Source: Psammoneis japonica
Lineage: Eukaryota
NCBI GenBank assembly: GCA_008632985.1
Contig: QPGO01000002.1
Coordinates: 248,001-312,000, forward strand
Length of the DNA: 64,000 nt
Direction of reading: 5' to 3'
A model generated the notes under the pieces. The model ran no database searches. It saw only the letters and a program-made list of their open reading frames with translations, and had not been told where the DNA came from. Every line of letters begins with the position of its first letter. The stretch's first letter is position 1. This document shows, piece by piece, positions 38,251 through 49,307 of the stretch. The position numbers and the translations under genes were made by a program.

Positions 38251-40404
38251 GGATGAACCCTGACAGCAACATCAGATGAGCTGCCAAACAAAACAGGACA
38301 TCCGGCTGCACTCCCAACAATGAAGGGGGCCATGGGATGAACCCTGGCAGCATGGCGGACATCTCTGGTGCCATCCAAGCAAGGTGGCATTGCACAAATC
38401 TGAGTGGATGAAGACCCGCAGTTCTTGATCTGGCGACTTTGCTTCCCAATCCTGGGCTGCACTGTTGCAGTGCTTCTTTGATGGACGAGAGTGGTGGGTG
38501 CCCCTCCTTGCCTTTGAGGAGCCAGATTGGGAAGAGCCGCAGCTGATGGCGCTGGTGAGGATGTGTTGTTTGCATGGCAAAATGACAAAAAATTTTGAAC
38601 AAAAATTTCGTGGCAGGACACAAGTGGGCAAACAAAAATTTCAGAGCAAACAAACTTGCAGGTTGAACAGAACTTCAACACAATCAAAGGCTGAAGGTTG
38701 AAATTTTTGTGGTCATTGGAAGACAGCTTCACCATGAAAAAAAAAAGAGGTGACACATTGCACAAAAAACAAGAGCATCAGTTTGAAAGAGAAGAAGAAT
38801 TTTGTGTGGGCAGTCCATGCAGAGAACATGCAGAAAGGAAGCCCTCCGGGAAACATGAGGGGTGGTGTGAAAATGATGAAAGCTTGTTAAATTTTAAATG
38901 AACTTGGCCCCTCATTTGAGGAACCAAAACTTGATGGAACAATTTGATCCCCTGCTCATCAAACCTGCCTCTGATGAAGTGTGGTGTGGAGTCACCACTG
39001 AATGAGTTTGAGAGGTGACAGACTTTTGCTGGTGCACAATCTGTGTGGCCCACAGGGAGCATGAGTTTGTGTGTGTTCCTGAGGAGGCCTGCACACATCA
39101 TTGAAGTTTCTGATGCTTCAAATGCACACCACACACACATGCCCAAAAATCTTGCAGAACACCCAAAGCAAACAGGGCGGTGTTGTAAAACACTTCTCAA
39201 AATGCCTTTCAAGTGAGTGCAGCAAGCAAAACAATCACTGTGGCCAAAAAACAGAGCCGCCATCAACAAAACAGACTCTGTCTCTTTTGCACTCTCCAAC
39301 AGCAGCACAACAATGCCCGGCAATGTTGTGGCAAGCAACCCAAGCAGCGCTCACTGATCTGTTGAGACAAGAAGATTGAAGTGACTGTGGACAACATTTG
39401 TGTGCTTCATTCCTTGGCCAAGTTGGGTTTGTGCTCATTGTTTTTGCAGTCACTTCATCTCACAACATTTTGACCCTCTCACTGCATTTGGGTGCAATGC
39501 ATTTCTTCTCATGTGCACTCACCCATCTGGTGCCAATCAGCTTTTGGCTTCCCCTGCAGGGTGTGGCCAGTTAGAGACATTGACAATGAAGCCAAATGTG
39601 TGTGGCCAACTGGTCAGCACTCCGGCACTCATTTTTTTGCAGAGGACTCTTGCCAAGTCCATCTCATTTTTTCACACAGATGACAGACACACCACTCTGT
39701 GGCTCATCAAAACTCAGCCAGCATGACCAGCGCTGTGCCTCCTGCTCTTGTTCTGGCGCTGCAGACTTGCACACAGTGTGCACCACAAGCAAACAAGGCA
39801 AGCCAATGAGCAGTCAATGGAGGGGCATTTGCACATTCAGCGCAAGTGCCCACATGCAGGCATTGTCTCAAGAGGTCAATCACAAACTGATGCCAGCACA
39901 GTTGACCTTTGCAGGTGCGCATGCTTCAAAGAATGACTCCTCCTCCTTGCACAAATCCTTGGCACCCAAATGCAAACTCGACATGCCATGTGTCAGCTGT
40001 TTGGCTTCTTTTGTGCTGTGGGGCCAGACAAAAAAAAAAGCAGCACTTTTTACAAAAAAAAAGAAGAGCTTTGTGTGGGTCACTTGCTGCCCCATCACCT
40101 TGTGTTGCTGTCCCAAGAGTCAAGATGACAAGAGGAAGTTTCTGAGCAGCACAAGTCTCTTTAAAACAAGTCACCAGTGCAGCAGATCATGGTGTTGGCA
40201 TTTGGCAAGGGACATTGATTGTGCACTCCACTCTTGCAACAGGGAAATGTTGCCCTCCTTGGCCACCAGGTTGCAAGAATTGCCAAATGAAAAACCAAGC
40301 CAAGACACCATGCACTGGCCAAAGCGTCTGGTGGTGAGGTCTTTTTCAGCACTCTTGCCCTCTCATGGTTGCATGAAGCACTCCTTTTTTGGAATGGTGG
40401 GTTG

Positions 40405-41422
40405 TGGTGCACACAACATGGGGAACCACTTGTTCCTGTTTTTTGAGCAGCACTGGTCAGCTTTGTTGCAGCCAACAACTTTTTTCAGCCTGGAGCTTGT
40501 CAAACACCCCTTTTGGAGCAGCAGCCAACAATGACTCTCACTCGGCTGCCAAGAGGGGGTGGCTCATTGTTTGTTTTTAATCAGCTTGACATTTCAGCAC
40601 ATTTGCAAAGGGCTGATGTGGTTGACAAGCTCCATTGAGCAGCTGCAACACCACCCCCTTTTGGGGATCTTGTCAGCAAGTTGCTGGTGCTGTGGGTCAC
40701 TTTTTGATGTGTTCTTGCTTGAGGTGCCTTGGGTGCATCAGATGTGTCTTGTGATGCAACAACAGACCAGACTGCTGCTGCCACATGAGGTGCTGATGAA
40801 GTCAAGAAGGTGTGCTGTGTGCCAGCAAAGATGAGGAAAAATTTGCCCTGAGCTCACACCAGCGGAGCTGGGTGCTCTTGCTCCCTGTTTTGTGGCAGCA
40901 GCGCTGGAGTGTGGGGTGTGGGGGAGTGCCTGGGTCCACCAGTGAGCTGGCTGCGTGCCTCAGTAGTTCCGAGTGAAGCCTGCCTTCTCGTGGTGGAATG
41001 TGCTGCATGTAAAGAAGGCAAATTCCAAAATTCATAAAAGATAAGTCAGCACCACAGACAGGCCGATGAAATGATGACGTCGCGTGAGATGTTTTTGGCG
41101 GGACAGGAATTTGAAAAACGCGCGTACGCGCGCACGCGCCGAATTCGAAAAAGATCCGTTGGGCGTGTAGAAACAATACATGATTCTACGGAGAATCCAC
41201 TTTGTGGTACATAAAGTCACGTAGGTTCTACGGAATGCATCAAAAATCGAGTCAAAAGCATCACATCGCCATGCGTCACAACTCAACAGCATTGACAACA
41301 TTTGACGTTGCATTGATATCATTAACAGGATGAACTTCTCCAAAGGCGCTCTCTCCGCAGTGACTGGCGGAGCCAACGACAATAACAACGACGGGAGCGA
41401 CTCGGAGGGATTGCGATCGCCG
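40405..41422. repeat. Inverted copy of 11931-13028
   Basis: Reverse-complement homology. Confidence 0.9.
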
Positions 41423-42449
41423 CATTCTTCCGTCGACGAGTTGTTCTCACCGCGTTCCAACAACACCGCCGACGAGCTTGCATCTCTGCGTTCGAATGGC
41501 ACCGAGGAAAGAAAGGTGAGATTGTTTAACTCAGTACCGTTAGTACGCGTTCGCTTGTCTTCTCGCTCATCATCACTCGTGTCGCATTGTTTGTTCTTAT
41601 GGACAGCATTCTTTCACTGCCGTTTTTCCTGACGAGGACGTTCCAACGGATGAGGCTCTCTTCACGCAACCAACTGCCAACCGGCACCAAGACAGTCCCG
41701 CCGCCATGATGACTCCCGGACAAGCCCCTTCTCGTTTTGCAAGGACGTTCACTCCAGAAGTGTACAAGGAGATTGGAGAGTTGTTGAAGACTCAGGTACG
41801 AGACGAAGACCAGGTGATTGACTTTCATGTGAAACAGCAAAAACTCATGGAGACCAATCAGAATCAGATGAACACTTCTCTCGTAAAGGTTGAGGAACAC
41901 AACCGACAGCGCCAGCGGTTCAAGGAGCAGCAACTTGATTATCTGATGAACGCAAGCACTACACCAACTCCCAACAAGCGTTTCAAGTCGAATCATCCGT
42001 CGTCTGGATTCACGTCGAACGAGTTCAATGCAACCTTACCTTCGGCAAAGTCGGATGGTCCAGCTCCATTCAGGCAGAACGTGTCTCCCGTCTTCAATGC
42101 AAATAATGATTCTATGAAGAAGAATGTCAACTTTGGACAATATCACACTAGGAATCTTGATTCCCACCACACGTTTCGCATGGATGACTACGGTGTTGAT
42201 ACGGTCCAGAAGGAGAAGGAAAATGAACCGAATGAGGAGGCCGGCGTTGCCACTCTGGGTTCCAAGCATGTGGTTGCATTTGCCAAGGGTGATATTGTGT
42301 ACTGCACAAAAGATGGCAAGAAATATAAGGCGGAGATTCTCGATACTTACAAGGATGACAAGCTCGATCCATATTACTTTGTTCGTGTCTTCAAGCCCAC
42401 CAGACCCGTTGACAAGGACACGGAATCTAAATACCTTACCGCCTCTTAG
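41330..42449 (+). CDS. ~342-aa chimeric family member with C-terminal Tudor-like domain; intron 41516-41606
   Basis: Exon 1 (41330-41515) splices GTGAG..ACAG in frame to ORF 41706-42449. The C-terminus FAKGDIVYCTKDGKKYKAEILD..DPYYFVRVF fits the Tudor/royal-family pattern. Confidence 0.75.
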
Positions 42450-45400
42450 ATACGAGACAGAATTGAAACATGATCAATAGACGGATACGAAACGGAGTAG
42501 CGCGTATAATGCATTGATTATAATAAGGCACAGTTTTCATAATGGACCTTACTAGTTATCTGGCTCGTTTTGTTCGTAGCATAGTATACCGGTACCGTTT
42601 TTTCGTGGAGCGTCGCCAGATGATAAGGGTTTTGCGTATTCAGCTGCTCTTATCTTTCGTCTTGGACATCTTGATCACTCCCACGCTCGTCTTGTGGATA
42701 CTTTTATCGATAAGTCTAGACAAATAATTCTTACATCTTTCATAGCTTGTTCTTGAATGATAATCTTGTTCCCAGATTCGGGAATGAGATGATCGGTAAG
42801 ACTCAGAAAATTGAATATCGCTAGCAGCATCCAAGATCCTTCACCTTGGAGTCGCGTATTCAAAGAGTCACTATATCCCTTTCGCTAACCGAAGCGAAGT
42901 CGGCGTGCGATTTGTCTTTGGATTTACACAGTGCTCGTGAACACGCACCAAATCACAGCGAGGAGCAGTTTCTAAAGAAATCATGGACATAGCACAATGG
43001 TGAGAGACAGCTATACGATTAGCTTCCCTTTGATAAGTTCCACTCACCATAACGAAATCCCGATCCGATTTGCGCAGCGGCAAACGGCATTTGTTGAATA
43101 TTTGCGTCCGAGAGACTTTAAATTTACATAATGACCCTGTGCAATTTCCGGCCTCAAATAGCAAACGCTCGAACCTTCGGGTCCGACGCTGGTCTTGATA
43201 TAAGGCTCTTCAGAAAAAGGATTTGCCTGCGTCATGGAGCCGAGTGTGTCACACATTCCCATCCTCAAGAACTGGACGACGCAATGCTTTTCTTTCTCCC
43301 CTCAAGCGCGCGTAGTGTACATTACTAAGAATCTTTGACGAAGAATCTTTGACCTTATTGAACAGCGGGTTGATAAAGATGCCATACTTTGTCCGAGCTA
43401 CTGCAAAGCTGTCGATTCGATTAAAACTCACCGAGACGATCACCCCTAGACAGCAGAGCCCTCTCTCTAGATTGCAACTCTAAACTTTCTATTCTGCCTA
43501 CCAGCTTTTACCTTTCACGATTCGATAATGGCAGACGCTCTCTGGTTCCAGATTGGAGTTTCTGGTCTTGAAAACTCGCCGTGCTTGCGCAACAGCATAG
43601 TATGTCGCAACACCCCATCGGTCTTTGCTGGCCTCCAGTACGAACACGTACAGTCGTATGCTCAAAATCGTGGTTGCAACCATAGAAAGATAGGATTGAA
43701 TAGCCACATCATATTCAAAGTAGATATTGGACCCATTTTTTGGAACACACCTTTGTTGACAAGATTGCCTGGTGCCTGTTTCTGTTTCGAAAGCGCCTCT
43801 AATCCGATCACAAATGCCTTACGCTCTGAAAAGAGATGCCAACCATGCATTTTCCAGTCATTCTGCGGTTTCGGTCCCTTTTTTTCGGTACACAATGACT
43901 CAATCGCAGGGCTTCATTGTACGCAATTCTAAGAGCCGCGCCGGTAACAACTTCTGACGCCGTTGATTGCAATAGGAAACCTGCCCATTTCTTTTTCATT
44001 CCATACGAGATCTACCGTTTTGCTTACAGGAATAGCCGACTGGGCAAGTAAAGTTCAGAAAGCTGCTCCTGTGGAGACAAGAACAAAACGGCGTTGAAGC
44101 AACAGGCTTCGCACACGGCGTGTTAAAGTTCTGGATGCTCTACTCAGCAGCGTATTGCTTACAATACCATTCAGTATCAATACAACTACAAAGAATGAAA
44201 CGAAGCGATACATCCAAGCGGAGAATGTGCTTCAGCGAGAGGCTACCGGTATTTCTGTTTCTTGAAATCCTTATGTCGTTCAGATCCTCTAATTTTTTTT
44301 AACTTCAAAAATTGAAATTTTGATCACAACGGATGCCGCCTTATAATCGAATGCTTAAAACCTGAATATCCAATTGAAGATTTGACCGTTAGCTTTACAT
44401 TGAATATGAGGCTTGCCCGTTAACTTGTATTATATATATATATATATTTTTAAATTTTCAATCAATTTTAATTGAAGGTCTGCTGCCGGAACGAGCGAAG
44501 TTGACGCCGAACAAAATGACACAACAACTTGAAACTACGCTGCACCGCAAACCACGACACTTCCACCGGCACTGTAGTAGAGAGTAGAGGCATAACGCTT
44601 GACCTCGATGACATGCCATAGAGGCAACAAACTTTCAACAGCAAATCGCAGCACACAGTCTGACGTCGTCTCAGGTCATTGCAGCAGCAAAACGGTTTTC
44701 TCTCCGGTCCGGTCGGTGTAGCGCTCACCGCATTTTCTTCACTCTAGCGCGGAACTGCGGCTTTACATTGAAGAAATATGGACTTGAATGCGTCTCTTCT
44801 CACGGCCATTAGAATTGGCACTGCAGACGATGTTCGCAGCGTTCTTCAAGGTGGAGCAAACCCCAACGCAACTGTGACTCTCCGCCCACCCGCGGACGAA
44901 GACGATGATCCGCTTGTTGTCAAACCAGTCTTTTTTGTTATCATCTGTGATGATGCAGCCGATCGAGACGCCAAACTTCAGGTCTTGCTGGATGCTGGAG
45001 CAAGTCCGACGGATGAGCTGGAAGGTTACACACCACTGGGTTCTGCATGTTTGGCCGGTCGTCCGTCCCTGGTGCAAATTCTGTTGTCTCATGGAGTGGA
45101 TGTAAACAACCAATGCTCTCCTCATGGGACACCATTGCATGAAGCTGCATTCCATGAAAATGCTGAAATTTGTCTGCTGTTGTTGCAGAATGGTGCTGAT
45201 GCAAATTCAAAGGATCCCGACGGTTTGTCGCCGCTTCACGCTGCAACGCACCGTGGAGCCGTAGACGTGGCGCGAGTGCTCCTGGCGAACGGAGCTCGTA
45301 TTAATGACGCCACAAATGATTTTTCTCTAACGCCTTTGCACTTTGCCGGTGTTGCAGACATGGCAAGATTGCTCGTGGAACACGGAGCTGATTTGAGCGT

Positions 45401-45753
45401 TACTTGCGTCCGAGGACAAACGGCGTTGCAGCGCGCACTTAGGAAGGGCAAACATGCGGTGGTCTCTGTCTTGATGGAGGCGCATGGGCAGAAACTATTG
45501 AAGTGTGATCATCTTCATCCGATGTTATGGGCCCATGTCTTGGCCAAAGTGGGAGAGAGGAGCACGGACATGTCTAGAGTGGGCATCAATTACGCCTTAC
45601 TTCGCGAAAAACCGGATCTGTTTGGCTACAAGAATGCCGGCAGAAAAAGAAAGCAACCCGATCGTTCTGTTCCAGAAGGGTAAAACAACACAGTATGGCA
45701 GTATTTGTTGTAGCTGATACTCTTTATATATAGACATGCTATGGGGAGTGTAC
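41655..45753 (+). repeat. Segmental duplication copy 1 (copy 2 at 55443-60437)
   Basis: Collinear high identity over ~4.1 kb. Copy 2 carries two extra TIR insertions. Confidence 0.95.
44778..45683 (+). CDS. Ankyrin-repeat protein (301 aa)
   Basis: Repeated G.TPLH.AA..G...V..LL..GAD.N motifs. C-terminal LWAHVL..YALLREKPDLF motif of a kind common in diatom proteins. Confidence 0.92.
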   Translation: MDLNASLLTAIRIGTADDVRSVLQGGANPNATVTLRPPADEDDDPLVVKPVFFVIICDDAADRDAKLQVLLDAGASPTDELEGYTPLGSACLAGRPSLVQILLSHGVDVNNQCSPHGTPLHEAAFHENAEICLLLLQNGADANSKDPDGLSPLHAATHRGAVDVARVLLANGARINDATNDFSLTPLHFAGVADMARLLVEHGADLSVTCVRGQTALQRALRKGKHAVVSVLMEAHGQKLLKCDHLHPMLWAHVLAKVGERSTDMSRVGINYALLREKPDLFGYKNAGRKRKQPDRSVPEG

Positions 45754-46004
45754 CTTTTGTGGTTGTTACTGCTTATGTTTCCGCGCAGCGCTCTGGGGTT
45801 GCCACCTGCACCGAATTTCATCCGCATTGACTGCTTTTGCTCTTGCTTCTTGTCGATCACTATTAGAAGGAGAGAGACTCGCAAACCATGGCGAATAGTC
45901 TAGTGATCCTACTATTATATATGCTACAAATCAAAAAGTCAAACCATTACTCTCTGGCTTAGAGTAGAAACACGTTTGAAATATTTCGCTCCGGAGCTGC
46001 AATT

Positions 46005-46203
46005 TGTCAACCCTTGATTCGTGGTTCTGGTGCGACAGAAACGAGCATGCGGAGAGTGGCAGCGAAGCGGGAAACATTCCCATCTCTCGAGGTGCCCGCA
46101 ATTCATTGATAATATAGGCTGCCACGACTCGAACATTTCCTGAAAGCTTCGATCTGTCCATTTTGCCCAGCAGAGAGCTTAAGACTTCCCGTAGAGCCGA
46201 GTC
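46005..46203 (-). repeat. ~200 bp non-coding module, unmutated copy, between ~55-bp direct repeats (45912-45966, 46264-46322)
   Basis: Homologue of 14331-14531. Flanks share aaaccattactctct.gcttagagta. Confidence 0.8.
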
Positions 46204-46339
46204 AATCTCGTCTCCACCAATGCTCAGCTTTTCAGCTGAACTTCTTGTGATAGCCTACAGTTGCTATTAATATGCTACGTAACAAATTATAAAGCCAAAC
46301 CATTACTCTCTAGCTTAGAGTACCATTATTATCTGTATA

Positions 46340-47390
46340 CTATGCTACGAGAGAAGCATTGTGCTTGTTTTCTTTTCCACTCTCGGCCAGCGGTCCTAGT
46401 TCGACATCACCACCGCTTGGATGATCCGTATACGGTTCATCGGGAAGCATCTTTTCCATTTCTTCATCCTCCGGTGGCGGTGGTGCTTGTTGTTGGTGAT
46501 GTCCGCCGCCTCCCTTTTTTCCAAAAAAGTTGAGAACCATGGCAGATACACTCACGACGAGTCCGGTAAATTGGATACCATTCAGCGAATGTCCATAAAA
46601 GTAAATGGACGCCACCAGTGTCGTAACCTTGCGTGCCAATCCGATAATGGAACACGTCAATGCCCCAAATTTGGCGATTGTGACAAAAATAAAAACCTGT
46701 CCGAGTGCACCACTCAAACCGAGTGCCACCAATAAGAATCCCATTTCTTGAAACATTTGTAAAAGGACTTGAACTTGATTGTGAGTACAAGGAGTGATAC
46801 TCCCGCCAAGATGGTTTTGCCCATTTGAATAGCATACATTAAACCAAAGGGTCCCGCCGGATGGACGCGAGACTGATAAAAAAGAGTAGAATACCAAACA
46901 TCTCCATTGTAGAATACACACATGGTTGGAACAAGCATAGCGTTAGAAAACAGCCATAACAACAACACCGATCCGACGGATAGTCTAGTTGAGACTGATA
47001 AACAAGAGTAAAATACCAAACATTTGAAATGACACGCCACCGACATCTTCGTCGGCACTGCTTTTTTTTACTCCACTTGGAGTCTCCACTGTAGAAAAGA
47101 TACATGGTTGGAACGAGAGCAGGTAGTGTTAGAAAACAGCTATAACAACAACAAAACGGAGCCGACGATAGGTATTTGTTTGTTCCATACTATACACACT
47201 CACCCTCCCATAAAGAGCGCCACACCACCAACAATCATGACGACCTTGATATATTTCTTGAGCGGATATTTCTTTCCCATGAGAGCTCCCATAATCATGA
47301 CGGGTACAGGCTTGCAACTCTTGGCCAATACTTGAATGGGATAAATGACATAACGGAGCGACCGGACCGAACAAAAGGTACTGCTCATAG
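46340..47390 (-). pseudogene. UDP-galactose/UAA-family nucleotide-sugar transporter (SLC35B1/HUT1-like), 5'-truncated and rearranged
   Basis: [25 protein letters not shown] and GALGQVFIFVTIAKFGALTCSIIGLARKV are hallmark UAA motifs. The middle exon is partly duplicated and broken. Confidence 0.85.
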
Positions 47391-47889
47391 TAAAACGTGG
47401 TGTATAAATTCAGGTGAATGAGAGCCCGTAGTCAGACTTTCAAAACACCGAATCGACTCCAGCCTTGTTCGACGCCTGTGTCCAGGCCACGCAGGCCACC
47501 TGAAAGTGCTGACAACGGAAGGTGACATTGTCGAGTTTAAATCAATGGCAAAAATGGATATGACTCGGGCCGTGACTACAGGCGAGATTGTTTCCATGAC
47601 ACCAGCTTACGGTTCGTCTACATCCATTTGAATGAGCATGTCCTTGGCATAAAATAATCCCATCTTCATTTCCACACTAAAATAATAAACTGCGGAGACG
47701 ATGTTGTCTGGTTTCTGGTGGATGCTGAAAAGTTGGACGTGCTGTCTCCACGAGATTTGCCTACTGATAATAGGTACAGTACAGCAATACATACCGGTAC
47801 ACTCCGTTCCACTCCGTAGAAGCGTACGATGTTGTCCCGGTACTGACGAGAGTATGATATTCGGGGACATTTAACAATAATACAAAATT

Positions 47890-48890
47890 TCGAAATCACA
47901 AATTCTCCCTCCGGTGCGGTGGGTGTGCAATGTCTTTATTGTTTGTTGTGGTGGATGGATCTAAAGGCGTGTGGAATGCCCGAACCAGGCAACAACAGCT
48001 TGCCCACACAAGCAAGGTCAAATTGGTTGGAACACTGGAAGAAGCCTGTTTCCAGCCACGCGTCAAACGGATTGGTGCCGTGGAATGTTCTGTCAAATCA
48101 AGGCAACCCGACACGACCAACTGATGCAAAAAACCTTGTGCCATGTTTGACATTCACACCCAACATTCTTTGTCACATGCAGCGCGTGTCTGGGGCTTCA
48201 CTCTGCCTTGTTCAATCTACAACATCGCTGGAGCGCCCCTTCCAATTGAAGCATGTTTTCTGTGCACACGGCATCCAACAAATCCATCTGCACAGAATGG
48301 AACTTTGCACAACAAAGCCAAGCCTCTTTTGGATTCCTTGCACAATTTCCATTGACGACGAAACAAGAGTCGCAAAAATCGGCCCAAGGGATGTTGAGAT
48401 GTCACCGCCGCCAAATGTTGGGCATGAATTCCAGCGGCAGCTCAGCTTTGGTTGTTCAACGACAAGCTCCGAAGAGAAAGTCAGGGCTGAAAAACCCAAG
48501 CCCTGTGGACGACACTTTGTGGCACATGCGTCAAAATGATGACAAGAAGTGAGAAACAACACCAAAGCTGCAATGGCGCATCACAAAAATCCATCATGTT
48601 GGTGCTGCATTCTCACAATTTTTGCGCCGTGCCTTCAGCCACAAACCCGCCTCGATGGAATGAACTCAATGCCAGCACCACTGGACCATCATGTTGCTTG
48701 TGTAAAAGCTCCAAATGCTGCAAAAAGAAACGGGAAAATGCGGCAAAAATGGACACAGATGTCAGCGATGCAAAGTGGGCCATTGTCGCGATGGTTTTCT
48801 TTTTTGGTTGTCTTCGCCGCGCGCCTTGGAGGGTGCCATGCTGCAGGTTGATGCATGCAGCGGAAGTCGGTGTCTGTGCTTTCCTGGTGA
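47890..48890. other. Small TpA-depleted block D
   Basis: Only about four TA in 1 kb, flanked by TA-normal sequence. Confidence 0.8.
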
Positions 48891-49307
48891 CCCTGTACCC
48901 GGTAGAAGAAGTGCTAGACCCTACGCAGTTGCACCCAGCGTTGCATTCTTTCCGTTTACCTCCACAGCACCTGCCGGCAGCAGTCATCGCTCGGCTGAGA
49001 CGCACGACGCACGTACAACCATTGTTTGTGCAGGGCGGGCGCGCGCGCGCGGACTGACTTCCGCTGCGGTCTTGCCGTCACAAGTCTACACGATCATGGT
49101 ACTGTTTCTACGCTGGTACTAAAAATGTCGCTCTATCTACAGACTCAAATCTGTGTTGCTTTCTTTTTGTGACGTGTGCCATTATTAACGACCCGATGCA
49201 TTGAACCAAAATTACTTATGCTCGCATGGGCCTGCTACCGCCCCAGCACGACTTCGGCAATAAAAAATGATTGCGTCATCCACATCAACGATTCAAAAAT
49301 TTGACGG

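Larger units (their letters stand above)
29010..40960. other. TpA- and CpG-depleted hypermutated block C (degenerate TE-like coding remnants)
   Basis: About 12 kb with rare TA, mostly in YTAR context. No intact recognisable gene. Confidence 0.9.

Noticed and set aside
12350..40960. Numerous Cys/His/Trp-rich ORFs in blocks B and C as real genes
   Set aside because: They overlap on both strands, lack Tyr and lack recognisable domains. TAA/TAG depletion explains them.
42500..44400. Gene between the Tudor-like and ankyrin genes
   Set aside because: Only short interrupted ORFs in both duplicate copies; no family recognised.
44761..45753. Classical RIP (CpA>TpA) acting on ankyrin copy 1
   Set aside because: Copy 1 is the intact ORF with ordinary TA content. 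Copy 2 has the lost ATG, indels, insertions and a mutated TSD.
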